In this document: in pieces, positions 62,758-64,000 of the stretch
How the letters are laid out: the number at the start of each line of letters is the position of its first letter
Numbering within the stretch: position 1 is the first letter of the stretch
NCBI RefSeq assembly: GCF_006345805.1
Contig: NC_043013.1
Span: 5,456,001-5,520,000 of the forward strand
Origin: Octopus sinensis
Lineage: Eukaryota
DNA length: 64,000 nucleotides
Direction of reading: 5' to 3'
The notes under the pieces: generated by a model
The model's database searches: none
Seen by the model: the letters and a program-made list of their open reading frames with translations, nothing else
Told to the model about the DNA's origin: nothing
Position numbers and translations under genes: made by a program

Positions 62758-64000
62758 GAGAGAAGTGTGTGTATGTACATTATATATGTAGAGGGAGATA
62801 GACACGTTTATGTGCGTCTAGCTGTATGTATGATTGTATGTATGTATGCGTGTTGGTATATGTGTGTATATAAGGGGATGAGAACTATAATTATGTGCAT
62901 CTGGTTTTAGAAATGCATGGCACATTTTTAAATGACTATTGTCTGTACTTTGTACCAATTGCCAGAGTACAATTGCAAGCCATCACTATTGTCAGACTGG
63001 CAATGACTTATATATATATATAAAGGTATTGTGTTAGGAAAGCGGGAGGGAGAGTAGACACTGCATTAGATATGGTTACACTAACCTTGGTATTAGTTTT
63101 GAGGCATTTTACTAGTTAGACATTGAAAACGGCGTTGTTGTCGTCCGTCTTGTGCTGGACTTTATTACAAGAAATCGGTGAAATAAATATACGAATGTCT
63201 GTCCATCTCTTTTCATTCTCATATATATATATCAGATAGAGAGAGAGAGAGATCGAACATATATAGTTCGATGGTTTTTACGTACGAAAACATTGTAGAA
63301 CTTAATATTCAGTTGAAGAGAAAGGAAGTTTGTACACACACACACACACATACACAGCCATCCGCCTTTCTCTCTCTCACACACATACACACCAACACTC
63401 AGCCATGTGTGTATCATGCTTAATGCAGATACATCGCGAAAAAAAAAAAAAATTAACTGCGGTATTCGTTCAGCGGTAATATCCATTGTAGACGCGATGT
63501 GTTAAAAAATGCAAGTATATTGACAACGGACGAAAATCGTCCGACAGTGGCTGATGAAAATGCTAAATGCGCATTTCTGCGTCTTTGAGCTTCGTCAATA
63601 GCATGTACTCTCTGTCAAACTCATGCCAAGACAAAATCCGTTGTTATTGATATTGTAAAAACAGTTATCGATAAAATCACTGAGGTTGGAATTAGCCAAC
63701 TGGCTGAGTAATAAATAATATCCGTTATGCGCAATAGATGTATGATTCACACGTGGCTACTTTAATCTAATACTGCCTCTGCTGCATATAATGTATTATA
63801 TATATATATATATATATTATATATAATAGATAGTGTGTAATACCTTCGAAACACGCTGGAGTTGAACTAGGGACAGCTGATGAAGGGGATTTTTCCTTGT
63901 GTAGTTTGTCTTGTACTCTGTTTTTTTTCGTTTAGGTCCGTTCCCACGTTTGTTTTTACGTTTTCGTTTCTCGTTGAGCTCTGCGTCTAGTTGTGGTGTC

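Noticed and set aside
63841-63890. CCTTC-GAAA...CTGATGA-AGGGG as a permuted (type II) hammerhead; similar CTGATGAAGGG at about 9091
   Set aside because: Helices I and III cannot be paired convincingly. Probably PLE-derived, but not supportable as a ribozyme.

Overview
AT-rich, repeat-saturated eukaryotic genomic DNA. The SINE families and very dense (TA)n/(CA)n microsatellites point to an octopus (coleoid cephalopod) genome; this is inferred from recognition, not from a search. Nearly all ORFs in the supplied track are microsatellite or transposon read-through. The only confidently recognised host gene is the first coding exon of mitochondrial pyruvate dehydrogenase kinase (PDK, + strand, 34695-34797). 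It has a CRE palindrome upstream and an overlapping out-of-frame uORF, and I found no exon 2 in the remaining 29 kb. The rest is tRNA-derived SINEs, decayed RTE, CR1, R4/Dong-like, Tx1-like and Penelope-like retroelements, mariners, two solo LTRs and several MITE families with 8-bp TSDs. The most notable unexplained structure is a set of minimal type-I hammerhead ribozyme motifs (3985, 13465, 15735, 17087, and a divergent pair at 60285/60343). Most are followed by an AATAAA-like signal and sit in or beside (TA)n/(TAA)n tracts, often in inverted-arm hairpin elements; one lies directly 3' of a Penelope-type GIY-YIG ORF. Other points of interest: two exact local duplications that look like templated repair, a SINE-LINE shared 3' hairpin with covariation, a 95-bp MITE whose loop is pure TTAGGG, and a 28-bp minisatellite. 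Coordinates were counted by eye; boundaries of decayed repeats are approximate.
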